From the NCBI GenBank assembly GCA_047967505.1, contig CM106538.1: 64,000 bases of DNA, one strand, 5' to 3'. Below, piece by piece: positions 14,358-25,344 of the stretch. The notes beneath the pieces were generated by a model. That model ran no database searches, was not told the DNA's origin, and saw nothing but the letters and a program-made list of their open reading frames with translations. The DNA is from Dipteris shenzhenensis. Taxonomy: Eukaryota. The position numbers were made by a program, and so were the translations under genes. Every line of letters begins with the position of its first letter. The stretch's first letter is position 1.

Positions 14358-14414
<57 letters not shown>

Positions 14415-14545
14415 TACACACAATATAGCTACCTATACACTTAGTTGTATTGAGCATGAACATGAAGATATACATGCGAACCCCTTAGGGTTAGGGTTTT
14501 CCCCTATTGCCTAGAGGTATGGTGCAATTTACACCATCCTCAACA
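11450..14545 (-). mobile_element. Decayed LTR element: 5' LTR 14348-14545, PBS-Met 14336-14347, non-coding internal region running leftwards
   Basis: gctttgatatta is a decayed reverse complement of tggtatcagagc and abuts TG...CA (tgaaag...ctcaaca); LTR holds (GA)n and ttagggttaggg and resembles the LTRs at 28469 and 55955; cluster of gatgtggca/gacatggca motifs at 12330-12760; left boundary uncertain. Confidence 0.5.
14361..14410. repeat. (GA)n microsatellite inside LTR
   Basis: Direct reading. Confidence 0.97.
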
Positions 14546-15982
14546 TTTTTGGCTTTGGGGGCACTACCCCCGAACCCCTGCCAAGGGGGGACTAATGCAT
14601 GTCACTAGAACCCCTGGGAACCCCCCAACGATGTCCTAGGGGGGGCATTGCCCCCCCCTTCATGGAATGGGTATAAGCATGTCTAGGTCCAAAGCATAGC
14701 CCAAAAAATAACCACTAAAAAACGATCAAGCTCCACATACAACAATCTCCCACTTGGAGATTGATGATAGTAACTCCACTGGTACTACACTCACTGGAAT
14801 TCTTTGGATCTAGTTGTCCCTCATATTGTTCCTCATTGTTGAAGACCAATTGAAATTGAGCTAGAGCTTAACTTCTCCCCAGTGACCACCTTAGTCAGCA
14901 TGTTTGTAGGATTCCGGTTAGTGTGGATCTTTTCTAGCTTCAAATGTCCATTCACCAAAATAGATCGAATGAAATTGTATATGAACTGTATATGTTTGGT
15001 TCTTGAATGGAAGGCTGAATTATTTGCGAGATGAATAGCACTGTAGCTATCACCATACAAGCTGCAATTTTTTAACTTCTTTCCAAGTTCCTCCATAAAC
15101 CTCTACAATCAAATCATCTCTTTATAGTGCCTTTGTAACTGCAACATATTATGCTTTTGTTGTAGAAAACGCAACCACCTTTGGCAACTTTGAAACTTTT
15201 GAATACATGCTTCATAAGATATACCTTATGAGAAGCTAATGGTTTTTCATACAATGTATCCAGTGTGCTCATCAAGTCCTTTGTTGTCTTTTGTTTAAGA
15301 ACGATGAGCCATTGATGATCCAAAACACATTTGTATCATTTCTAGTGTCTTTCTGCCAAGAATCTCCTGTCTTCGGCTGACATACTCGTAGGCATCTTTG
15401 TGATCCCACCTAATGGCAAGAAAAGGTCCTTCTGATACCGATAACCCTTAATCTGCATCTTACAATGCTCGTAGTTCTTGCCATCGAACTTCTCAATTGT
15501 TAACTTGCCTTCTTCCACCATTTCTCCCACTCAAACCAAAAACCTCCTTCCTAACAATTCAATGGACATTGCTCAAACAAATGCTCTGATACTAGTTGTT
15601 GGGAGAAACATAATAAGAAGCGAAATGTGTAAAATACATAATACCAAAAGTTCACGGAATGGAAGAGACAAAGAGACACTAATATACATGGTTCACCCAG
15701 TGTGGGCTATGTCCACAGAGAAATAGGCAGTCTTTCATCTTTCTTATCTAGCACAAGTGAGAAAATACGAGGTATAATCAATATATCCACTACTCTCCTA
15801 CTATGTGAGCCACACCCTTATTTTACAATTTTAACCACACAAGTCATAAACAACTCATGCACCAAATTCATGTATTTTTGGCTTTGGGGGTACTATTCCC
15901 AAATCCCCACCAAGGGGGTCCTAATGCATGTTGCTGGCCCCCCTTGGAACAGCCCAGCTATGTCCTAGGGGGTGTTGTGCCC
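14546..15982 (-). mobile_element. Internally deleted Ty1/Copia element (gag N-terminus joined to RNase H C-terminus), both LTRs truncated
   Basis: PBS gctctgatacta 15583-15594; 5' LTR from 15597; PPT atctcccacttggag 14745-14759; LTR segment atttttggctttggggg...gtcctaggggg shared at about 14546 and 15873; IEKFDGKNY..KMQI (gag) and YGDSYSAIHLANNSAFHSRTKHI...NMLTK (RNase H). Confidence 0.85.
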
Positions 15983-16700
15983 TGTTGTGTTTACATAGTT
16001 CCATGAATTTCAGTTCACTCAATTTGAGCTTATTCGTTCTCAATCTAGCTTGGTGGAGAGAGATACATTAGAAGCGAGAACATTTTTCCTCCTCACCTTT
16101 CGAGTTGGAGACCTCAAGTGGAGATCCCAATTGTGCACCTTGTTGTAGGCTATAGAACTTTTGAGCACTCAAAATCTAGTCATGCACCTTCATGAGACCC
16201 ACATCATCACTTGCTGCCTCAATGGAACCTACATGTTTTGTGGTCTTGCAAGCAAGGCTCAAAGACTACTTGACCCATGAGAACCATTTCCTTTGGATCT
16301 CAAGCCATCATTTGAATATGTAATGTGTGATGCCATATTGGGAGCCAAAGGCTCTTGAGAAGACTCATGCAATGACTTTGATTATTTTTCCACCTGTGCA
16401 CATTGAAGACGTGTGTATAGCCACTACATGTCCCACGTGACTCAACTCCTTGATGCTATCATCATGTTCAACATCTCATGGTTCCCACTTCAAATTTATA
16501 GCCCTATCTAAAATATTGTGACTTACACACTCATAAAATGTATTTCTTATATTGTACTAGACTTTGGTTGTGCTAGTACATGCACTTAAAAGAATTATTC
16601 AACCCTTTTCTTTTAATAATACTATATTGGACTCTTCCTTCAAGCTAACATGGGAATGATACTAATGTCACACTCCAACAATTGATGCCATTTGTTGGCT
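15983..16700 (+). mobile_element. LTR (15983-16680) with decayed tRNA-Lys-type PBS, inserted into the Copia 5' LTR
   Basis: TGTTG...CAACA termini; followed by at-tgatgccatttgttgg versus TGGCGCCGTCTGTGGG (11/16, four of five mismatches are transitions); start coincides with loss of Copia LTR similarity. Confidence 0.45.
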
Positions 16701-19361
16701 CATGTGTCCCTTTAGCTAGAGAATATTGTGTATAGTTATGGCCAATCATTGATTGCATTCTTTGATTATGTATAGCTATAACCAATCATTTATTGCATTC
16801 ATAGCTTGCTGGTGTGATATTTAAGACATCAAAAGTTTTGCTACTACATCTTCCTTTGATCTATTAATCCCCTTGATATAGGCATTTCTTCGCCTAAATG
16901 TTGTGTGGCTTGCTAAGGTCCTAATTCTTGGCTTCCTCTTGAGTTGGCTCTTTGTTAGCTTCCTCTCATGGGTTGTGTGATCCTTATAGCTCCTCTTGAA
17001 TCTCATAATTTCCTCTTTATTTCATGTGCCCCTGTTGCTTATTGCAGTTAACTATTCTTTGTTGCATCTAATGAGGTGATTTATGTTGGTTATTGAATCT
17101 TTCAACTAAGGGTAGTTTTTTTTTCTTCTATTAAGGAAATTATTCCTACAAGTGAGGAAACACTTACTTGTTATTGAAACCTTCAAATAGCTCTTGGTGT
17201 ACTTCCACATGAGAAAATTCCAACTATTGAGGGAGTTTCCACTTGAAATAGGCAAGAATAGCAAGGAGGGTCAGCACCTCCAAAATAACAATATAAGTAC
17301 AGAGGGAAATGGATTTCTCATGACTCCCAACCCCTCCTTCATAATCCCCTACAATATTCAATTCTCAAACTCTTCCTAATACCAAATCTTAGAATATAAG
17401 AAGAGTCAAAAAGAAATGTAAGAAGGATGACACAAGAGTACTTCCACCTCACATGCTAAAAGCAATTCCCATTTGAAAGAACACTTGCTTGCATGTATGT
17501 GTAGAACAAAATTTTGGATATTTCTGAATAAATTTATATGTCCTACATAGTTTAGGATAGATGCATCACATACAAAGAAGAATTTGCAATGGTTTTATGA
17601 TCTCATTCAAAATTTGAATTTCATGATGGTTTGGTCTCATATTTAGGGCCAGAATATGTAGATTAGTTTAGACAACAATTATATCAAATTCCATTGAGCA
17701 AAGCAAAAGCTATGGATTGAGCAACTAATATTCCCTGAATCTCATAAAAAGCAATCATAATTTGGCCCAAATGGCCTACATCATGAGAGTACTAGTGCTG
17801 ATTAACCAAACTATTGGAAACTCAAATTGTGTAAAAAGTATTAAATTAGCATTGTTTAGATCTTTAAATATTTAGGTGATAGTTTTGATTTATTTAAAAA
17901 GAGAATCATGGTTTATGTGGCCACTTATGCTAGCCTTAGACGATACATGAATAAAAATACCATTGTTTTGATAATTTAAGGTTACAATATCTGATATTTG
18001 AATGACGGTCAGCATATGTGGCACAAATGAAAAATGTAGTAAGGAAAAATGCACTGATGAGGCATGACATGTCTTGATGGATGTGCTATCAAATTTTTTC
18101 ACAATGAGAAAAAAGTCCCAACAATTAGCACTATGGCTACTAATACAAGTAGTGTGTTTGGAGGTGTCATAGAGGTCTTAGAGTCGATGGTGACTAGGGC
18201 AGACAAATGTTGTATGGACAATGCTGTAGAGGTGAATTTTGGCTGAGATTGGTGGCAAAACTATCACTACAAATTGACAACTATTGTGGATGGGTCTAGC
18301 ATTGAGGTAGAAAAGGGAAGCATAAAACTGAAGTAGGCCAGGAAAAGCATGTAGCAAGAAGGTGTGGGAGATATAACTACATTGTAACATAGGGTAGCTC
18401 TAATGGTGGGACACATGGGGTGCATGGCCACATACTCGATGCATGTGCTATTAAAAAATGATTGGTTTGTCACAAAAATATTCTCAAAAGCCTATGGCTC
18501 CCATCATGGCATCACAGGTCACATAGGCTAATGATTACCTGATCTCCAAAGGAAATCCTAACTAGTCATAAAGACATCATGCAGATATCCTGGGTCAACA
18601 AGGAGACTTCAAGCATCATTATTTATGGGACTACAAAGTGTGTAGACAACGACGGGACTTTAAGCCTTACTTGTGGGACTACATAGTGTGTGGGATTGAT
18701 TGAGGCAAATGATAGTGCAAGTCTTATCAAATTGGATGAGAAGATGTGATGCGTTCAAGTCACTAAAAAACTAAAAGAATCTTATCTCCTCTAATGGACT
18801 TCTATCCCCCAAATTGGAGAGAGAACTAATAAGATTAAACTAATTTTACAAGAATTTGAAGGCTTCAACTTAGAATAACTTGAATTATAGATCTCATATC
18901 AAGACGTTGTAAAAAGCAAAGTTGTTGCTCTGCAATTTGTTCATGCTTTGGTTGTCCTTTGGAAATTCTCACTGATGGAGGAACCTCTTTTTTGTGCATC
19001 TGCACATCCCTGCTTCTGCGCCTCTAGTATGCCTGCAGTTTCGGCGCATCTTCTAGTTGGCAAATCTTTTGGTCGTACCGGTCGCATCTACAAAACTATA
19101 ACATCTGCGCTTCTTCTGGGGTCATGTGCACGCATTCGCACGTCTCCTGGGTGCACCCGCACATCTCTTTGTCATGACTGGCACATTCACGCATGTGTCG
19201 CACATCTTCTAGCCATGGACAGATCACGTCTTCTAGTCGCAACAGATTTTTTGAGCTTCTACAAAACTGTAACAGATCCTCACATCGCGCCCCTCTGCTC
19301 TATCTCTATCTTCTTCTACTTCTACTTCTCTTTCTCTTCTCTTCTCCTCTCCTTTTATTAA

Positions 19362-19425
19362 GGAGTGGGAATTGAACCCAAGACCTCCCCATTCACAAAA
19401 GGGAGACTTATCAATGGGCCAGCAA
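19362..19425 (-). other. tRNA-like motif (A-box/B-box), antisense in the retroelement leader
   Basis: Minus strand: tggcccattgataag...ccctt ttgtgaa tgggg aggtc ttggg ttcaatt cccac; B-box GGTTCAATTCC; no acceptor stem found. Confidence 0.6.
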
Positions 19426-19635
19426 ATAGGAAGTGATGAGAATGTAATGATTTTGCTTATATATTGAAATCTCGAGAACTGTAACTCTCTAACCGTGGGG
19501 AGTTTCCTCTTGCTGCAAAAAGCAAAAGTATTTCATTTCATGTGCTCTATTCACATCTCCTACTAGATCGCCGATTCGGAACTTTTTCAAGTTCACTTCT
19601 TGGGGACGCACGCCACATGAGGAGGGTGGATATTT

Positions 19636-20046
19636 ATGTCACTTCTCGACGAGTTCAAGGATTTGGTGCTTGGTCCTCCGCTCATTATGGCTACCAATTG
19701 GCGAGATCTCTTTCTTGATCTTCATGCTAACCTTCAACGGCTAATTGTCCAATGCATTGTTCAAGGAGATGATGGGTGGAATGATACACCGTGGTTGATT
19801 CAAGGTGAAGAACTGGTGATATACTGGGAAGACTTTGATTTCACTTCTACTCATTGTGCGGTGATTGAGCTACTTGCTGCATCAGAGGTAATTAAAAGGG
19901 TGACATTATTTGAAGGGTGGGATGTTCCCCAAGCTTGGGGGGAGATTTGGCACATCTGCTTATTAATTCTAGTGGATAAGCTCATCTTGAATGATTTCTT
20001 CTCGATCTCGCTACAAAGGTTTCTAGGGCTTGGCTATGGTTGGTAA
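19636..20046 (+). CDS. Accessory ORF1, unknown function (136 aa; alternative start 19687)
   Basis: Open in copy A; homologue at 40360-40769 is frameshifted; stop overlaps the next ATG (TAATG) in both copies. Confidence 0.55.
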   Translation: MSLLDEFKDLVLGPPLIMATNWRDLFLDLHANLQRLIVQCIVQGDDGWNDTPWLIQGEELVIYWEDFDFTSTHCAVIELLAASEVIKRVTLFEGWDVPQAWGEIWHICLLILVDKLILNDFFSISLQRFLGLGYGW

Positions 20047-20270
20047 TGTTTCAACCAAGGAATCCCTTTGTACCTAATCAACCCTTTGTGCCTCATTTTG
20101 AGCTTTAAGTTGTAATTCTTTTTGGTCTAAAGATAAACTATCAACAAAGGATTGCAAGTTTATTTGGTGCTGAACGTCTTGCTCAAGTGTTGAATTCTCC
20201 CCACCCTCTCCTTCTACCTATCTTGGATAACCGAGAAACTTGGGATGTTTGGATTTTGGTCTTGGTGTAA
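20046..20270 (+). pseudogene. Accessory ORF2 (74 codons; one CAA>TAA stop here, open in copy B)
   Basis: Exactly 225 nt between two TAATG junctions; copy B 40769-40993 is open (MFRPRNPFVPNQPF...ILVLV). Confidence 0.6.
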
Positions 20271-20734
20271 TGACATCTTGGCTACTTCAATTTGACGGAG
20301 CATACAAACCTTCGACCAAGGCTGCTGGTGTGGGTGTGAAGCTCACTTCACCGAGGGGTGAGGTGTATTATTATAGCAAGTTTGCACTTGCGAGTACTTG
20401 CAACCAAGTTGAGTACTCGGCACTCATTTTTGGGCTACAAAAGGCACAAGAGCATCACATCAAGCAACTTGAGGTGCAGGGAGATTCTCAACTCGTGTGT
20501 GAACAAGTTAGTGGAATGTGGAAGGTGCGGAGTGAAGGCTTGGTTCCATGACATCAACAAGCATTGGAACTATGCCAACAATTTGAAGAGGTAAACATTC
20601 AGCATATCCCTCGAGCTCAAAATATAGTTGCTGATTTCTTGGCACATGAAGCTTGTACTTCAATCACGCATGACGCGAGTGGAAGCACCACCCCAACAAA
20701 GCCGCAAGCCACAAAGGAGGGTGATCATTTGTAA
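20270..20734 (+). pseudogene. Free-standing archaeal-type RNase HI (aRH), 154 codons with one internal TGA
   Basis: LQFDGA...GVGV...CNQVEYSALIFGL...LEVQGDSQLV...W.V...QHIPRAQNIVADFLAHEA: D-E-D-D catalytic set with Arg in the HIPR motif; stop at 20549-20551. Confidence 0.85.
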
Positions 20735-20870
20735 GGAATGCAAAGGTTGTGGTCATCATGAAACTAAGTGTTGGGCATATTTGATACGAGTTTACCGACT
20801 TCGAAAGATCATCAGAAAGGTCCTCAAGGACATTGCTCAAAAGAAGGATGCCAGACTGCACACCCCTTGA
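20670..20870 (+). CDS. Small basic CCHC zinc-knuckle ORF (66 aa)
   Basis: CKECKGCGHHETKC = CX2CX4HX4C followed by an R/K-rich stretch; open in both copies (41394-41594). Confidence 0.6.
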   Translation: MTRVEAPPQQSRKPQRRVIICKECKGCGHHETKCWAYLIRVYRLRKIIRKVLKDIAQKKDARLHTP

Positions 20871-21012
20871 AGAAATAGCATGGCGATTACAAGAACTGGA
20901 AGAAGCTAAAGGTGATGTGCAAGCTCTCCAACTGTTGACATTTGTCATGGAATTCTTGTTTGCCTTGATGAACAACCTCATTCAGCGCCGTGTCTCTAAC
21001 CCTCTCTTGTAA
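20848..21012 (+). CDS. Accessory ORF5 (54 aa), unknown function
   Basis: Manual translation MPDCTPLEEIAWRLQELEEAKGDVQALQLLTFVMEFLFALMNNLIQRRVSNPLL; overlaps the previous stop; copy B has ATG>ATA and CAG>TAG. Confidence 0.4.
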   Translation: MPDCTPLEEIAWRLQELEEAKGDVQALQLLTFVMEFLFALMNNLIQRRVSNPLL

Positions 21013-21028
21013 AGATGGATGTGATATC

Positions 21029-21244
21029 ATGAGGGTTGGTCCTTTTAAGATTGTCTATGAGCTATTCTATGCTGAAGATTCTTCCCGTGTACTATTTCAC
21101 AATACACCAGTCACATCCTGCCCTGCCTATGTGTGCTTTGTGGATGTATCTTCACCTGATTTTCAGTTCAAGCTACTCTTTCCATTGTTTGCCCATAGAT
21201 TAGCCTCATTTCGTCTCTCTTTTCCATTTTCCAAGCATGGCTGA
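21029..21244 (+). CDS. Accessory ORF6 (71 aa), unknown function
   Basis: MRVGPFKIVYELFY...FSKHG; ATG lies in an ATGA overlap with mini-ORF 21015-21032; stop overlaps the gag start (ATGGCTGA). Confidence 0.45.
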   Translation: MRVGPFKIVYELFYAEDSSRVLFHNTPVTSCPAYVCFVDVSSPDFQFKLLFPLFAHRLASFRLSFPFSKHG

Positions 21245-22200
21245 CATTCTCGTGTTCTGTGGATGGGTTGAAGAAAATACAAATGAGTATCTTGTGGCTT
21301 TCAAGTGCCGTTGTGTTTCTCTCAACTTTCTTACTGAAGATAGATGGCTGTTGGTTCTTCCCACATTTCTAGAGGGTTTGGCTCAAGTGTGGTATGAGAA
21401 GTAGGCTGATGACATTTGCCAAAGCTGGCCAAGGTTAACAGCAGTGATGATTGAGTATTTTGGCAACAAAGAAGAGGAGTCGAAGAATGTGTACTTACAG
21501 GTGGCAAACTTGAAGCAGTCAGAAGGTGAGACGACGCATCGATATGTGGATCGAGCAGCCGTGCTCCTCGACCGTTTAATTGCAATGCAGGAGGACAATG
21601 CCAGATTTTGAGCTAGAATGACTCAGCATGTGCTGGGCTACCTTATAGCAGGAGCAAGTGACGAATTCTGCCTCAAGCTTAAATGGGAGAATCCAGAAAC
21701 TATGGTGCTAGCACATGAGATTGCTCAAAAGTTTGATAAAGTTCAGTCTGACCCCGCTTCAAAGAAGACGATTGTCCCTTCGCAACCCCCTCAATTCTTG
21801 CAACAACAACCTGGGGGGTCTAACTCAGGGGCATACCCCCACCCCTCATCAGGGATGTATCCACCACCTCCACCTCAAATGTATGGTCCTCCCTTAGATG
21901 CTTACCCTCAACAAGGAGTATATCCTCAACCTCCACCTGGAAGATTTCCCCAACCTCGCCCACGAGCCCCCCTCCTTCCTACTCCCCCGGCCCCTCCTGC
22001 TAAAGAACCCGGGGTCAATGACCTAGCCAAGGCCCTGAATGATCTTTGGCTTGAGATGGTGGGCATCAGAAATCAATCCAATCGCCTCCAAGAGAACGTG
22101 CTAATGTTGTGTGCTACGAGTGCCACCAGAAGGGTCATTATCGCACAGAATGTTCCTATATTCCAAGGGTGAATCTTCTAAGTGAATCAAGCACTGAGGA
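21237..22200 (+). pseudogene. Gypsy gag remnant (copy A)
   Basis: MADI.VFCG...FLEGLAQVWYE...NLKQSEGET...YV, Pro/Gln-rich linker, CYECHQKGHYRTEC; stops and frameshift. Confidence 0.85.
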
Positions 22201-22399
22201 TTGGGGGGCATTCTTCAGTTCTATCTCTGGGTAGACGTTGTCCTTCTCAATGCAAGCCAATAGACTATTACAAAGCATAGGAGAGTGCTTGTGTGCTTCA
22301 AACAAAGCTCTCACGTATCAAGAGTCTTTGAATCATTAAAGCAAGGACACATGGTTCACAGTACCGATGTTAGATATTGGAGTTGTTTCAATAATTGGT

Positions 22400-22740
22400 T
22401 CAAAGTGGGGGGAGTGTGCAAAAGTATCGTCATATAAGATCCATAATGGGGTTGACAGATTTCCATCGCCACACTACATATATATCTTTCCAGTTGTAGA
22501 TGACCACATCTATATTGGTCTTTGAAGGAATTTTAAAAGCCACACAATAGAAATCCATCTCCCCAAAGATCACCGTGTGATATTGGAACACTTATTCATG
22601 TAAGGTATTTGTTGTGTATTTTGACTCTGTCCTGCTCAAGTATAAAGCTCAAATTTAAATATGTGTTGAAGCAATTTATTACTTATTGGTCATTGTTGTG
22701 CAAGTTTGAAAAATAGTCACCTATTGTATAATCATAATGC
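22400..22740 (-). pseudogene. Possible OTU-like cysteine protease remnant
   Basis: Fragments in shifting frames: GDYF, GDLWGDGF, IDVVIY, LYDDTFAHSPHFEPI, in OTU motif order. Confidence 0.25.
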
Positions 22741-23399
22741 ATGACACAGCTCAAGTTCTGTTCATGTTGCAAGATGTTATCAATTGTTTTGTTTTGATCC
22801 ATCATTGTTGTTCTGAATGCCAGGATATGGGTGACCTTTATAGTTTTAAATGGATCATTTCATTGCCCCTTCTAAAAGCCTTGCATAGTTGGAAAAAATA
22901 AAAAATGCAATGAAAAGTACTAAAACAATGAATACTTTTAGAATAATACCTCTTGGACCAGCAGTTCCATGCAAAGTTTTAATGGCAACCTTCTTTTTTT
23001 TCTTTGCTTTTTTGTTTCTATTTAGTAAACAACAGTCTTTTTACTAGCAGGCATAAAGTCTGTTAGCTAGGCACTCGACAAGCATAAAGCCTGTTTGGTA
23101 GTTATAAAGCTCATTTGGCAACAAGTAAAAAGCCCGTTGGCAGGCAAACAACCTTTTCAGCAAACTTCTTCTATTTTATAGAGAATAGCTTTATTGGGTT
23201 TTTCTTTTTGTTTAAAAATAAATAAAAACGGAAGAGCCACTTGAAAAATAGCTTTTTTTTTCAAGAAAACATCTTTTTCAAGCAAACAGGTTTTTGGATA
23301 ACAAATTTTTTTTCCTAGGTGACGGCTTTAATAGTGATCTCATCCTTGGTTTCTGAATTTTGCAATGGATCTTTGTCTTCAAGTTCTGATGTTGGTGTG

Positions 23400-24780
23400 T
23401 ACGAAACTAGTACATTCCCATACATTAGCCAAAATTGTCCTGGAGCCTATACTAAAGTAATTTTCCATTGAGAATATTTCTTGGTCTTGTTGAAGTATTG
23501 ATCAATAGTGGTACTTATTTCAAGTAGCGGTGTTATCCAAGGATCTTTAACATTGACCCACATTCGATTGCCATCTTTTGTTTTGATTGTTGCAATCATA
23601 TGATTGATAATTCTGGGCTCGATAGGATGCTTGGATTGAGCATAGTTGTAAGTGCTCTTTCCTATTTATTGCAACTCGGCCTGCATCTTGCAAAGCATAC
23701 AATCAAAGTAGAATGGCCAAGCGGTTTAGACAAATGTTAATTCACCACAAATCTGAACAAGAATCAATGTTATAATAAATGGGACACTGGTCGTCGATAA
23801 TAACAATGAGAAAAAACACAAGTACTATACTTTGCTATCACTCACCAACTCAATGTTACTCTCTTGGTTTTGATAATGTTCAAAAACCTCTATAAGCCTC
23901 TATGGTATCTTCATTAGTCGCTAGTGTTGCTATTGAGTAGGTAGCACACTGTAGCTGCTTCCTAGTCATATATCTTCCATTTGTTGTGTTCTTAATCACA
24001 TATATAGCAGGATGGACTTCATTTAGTGCACACAACATCTCATCCATGATATGCTCATGGTTATGGTAGAATGCCAACTACATAAAAAAGGCAAAGAATA
24101 CATGACATTAATAGTATTAGTCATAGGTCTGCTCATAATTGGAAAAAATAGGCATTATTGCAAGGCTACTTTACAATTGAGTAGTCGTCTGGACCCGTTC
24201 CATTAGCCACCTTTAATAAATAGTTTGAGAACCTTTCATTTGTATGTATTACGGCAACTTCCAAAACCACAACCGCAATGTCCTCAGCTGGATATGTTTT
24301 GAAACTATGTAGTAACTCTGCTATGGTTGTATTATCATAGAAATTCAATAATTCAATTGAATTGTAGGCACTGGAAATGCCATGATAATTGTATTTGTTG
24401 TCCTTTTAACATCAAATTTTGGCTTTTTCAAAATCTAAAAGTACTCGATTCTCACATAGTTACCAAGATTGATTGTTTCCTCATGTTTTTCAATCAACTC
24501 TTTATCAAGTTGCAATGTGATTGTTGTGAGGCCACTTTTTTCCATCAAGTCTGCCCTTATGTTTGGGTATGACAATTTTCTTTTCCTATCATACGTGCCA
24601 TATAATGGTTTAAAATTAACCCCTCAAATAGAATCTTTTGCATTTTTGGAATCATATCCTTTAACATTACCACTTGTAATTTAGATGCATCTCTCTTCTG
24701 TGCCTTATTATAGCTTGTGATAGCATGATTGTTTTCTAGCCTTACACATGGGTAAACCAGTAGGTCAACAATACTTGCCA
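23400..24780 (-). pseudogene. Possible Helitron/Pif1-like helicase remnant
   Basis: ERFSNYLLKVANG and ATLATNEDTI resemble Pif1 motifs F..(W/Y)LL.(I/V)G(N/D)G and ILAPTN..V; heavily decayed. Confidence 0.3.
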
Positions 24781-24799
24781 CCTAATGCTACTCTATGAA

Positions 24800-25344
24800 C
24801 TAGCACTACTATGCTAGGAGTGCTAGCACTTAGCACTTAGTACTTAGCACTCGGCACTTAGAAATGCTAGATACTTATCACTTAACACTTAGCAATTAGC
24901 AATGCTAGCAGTTACAACTTAGCAATGGTTGTACTTAGCATATTACTCACCACTTAGCAATGCTAGCACTTAGCACTTAACAATACTAGCACTTTTCAAT
25001 ACTAGCACTTACAATTCTAGCACTAAGCATTGAGCAATGCTAGTACCTGGCAATTAGTAGTTACCGATTCTATCATTTAGCACTTAGCAACATTAGCACT
25101 TAGCACTTAGCAATACTAGCACTTAGCAATGCTATCATTTAGCACCTAGCACTACACTTGACTTATCAGGATTAGCACTTAGCACTAGCACTAGCACTCA
25201 GAAATGTTAGCACTTAACACTTAGCAATGCTATCATTTAGCACTTAGCAATGCTAGCACTTAGCACTTCACAATGTTAGCACTTACCACATAGCAATGCT
25301 AGCACTTACCACTTATAGCAATGGTAGCACTTATCATAGCACTT
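24800..25344. repeat. Minisatellite of TTAGCAC units mixed with TTAGCAATGCTAGCAC units
   Basis: Direct reading, about 545 bp, degenerate. Confidence 0.95.

Larger units (their letters stand above)
19010..22200 (+). mobile_element. Gypsy family with accessory-ORF chain, copy A (LTR and pol missing)
   Basis: Colinear and highly similar to about 39720-42945; ends at gtgaatcttctaagtgaatca.gca just after the gag knuckle. Confidence 0.9.

Noticed and set aside
19362-19425. Functional tRNA gene
   Set aside because: No acceptor stem, poor D-stem, embedded in a TE leader
24800-25344. CRISPR array or telomere
   Set aside because: No unique spacers, no cas genes, eukaryotic context; the unit is not a G-rich telomeric motif
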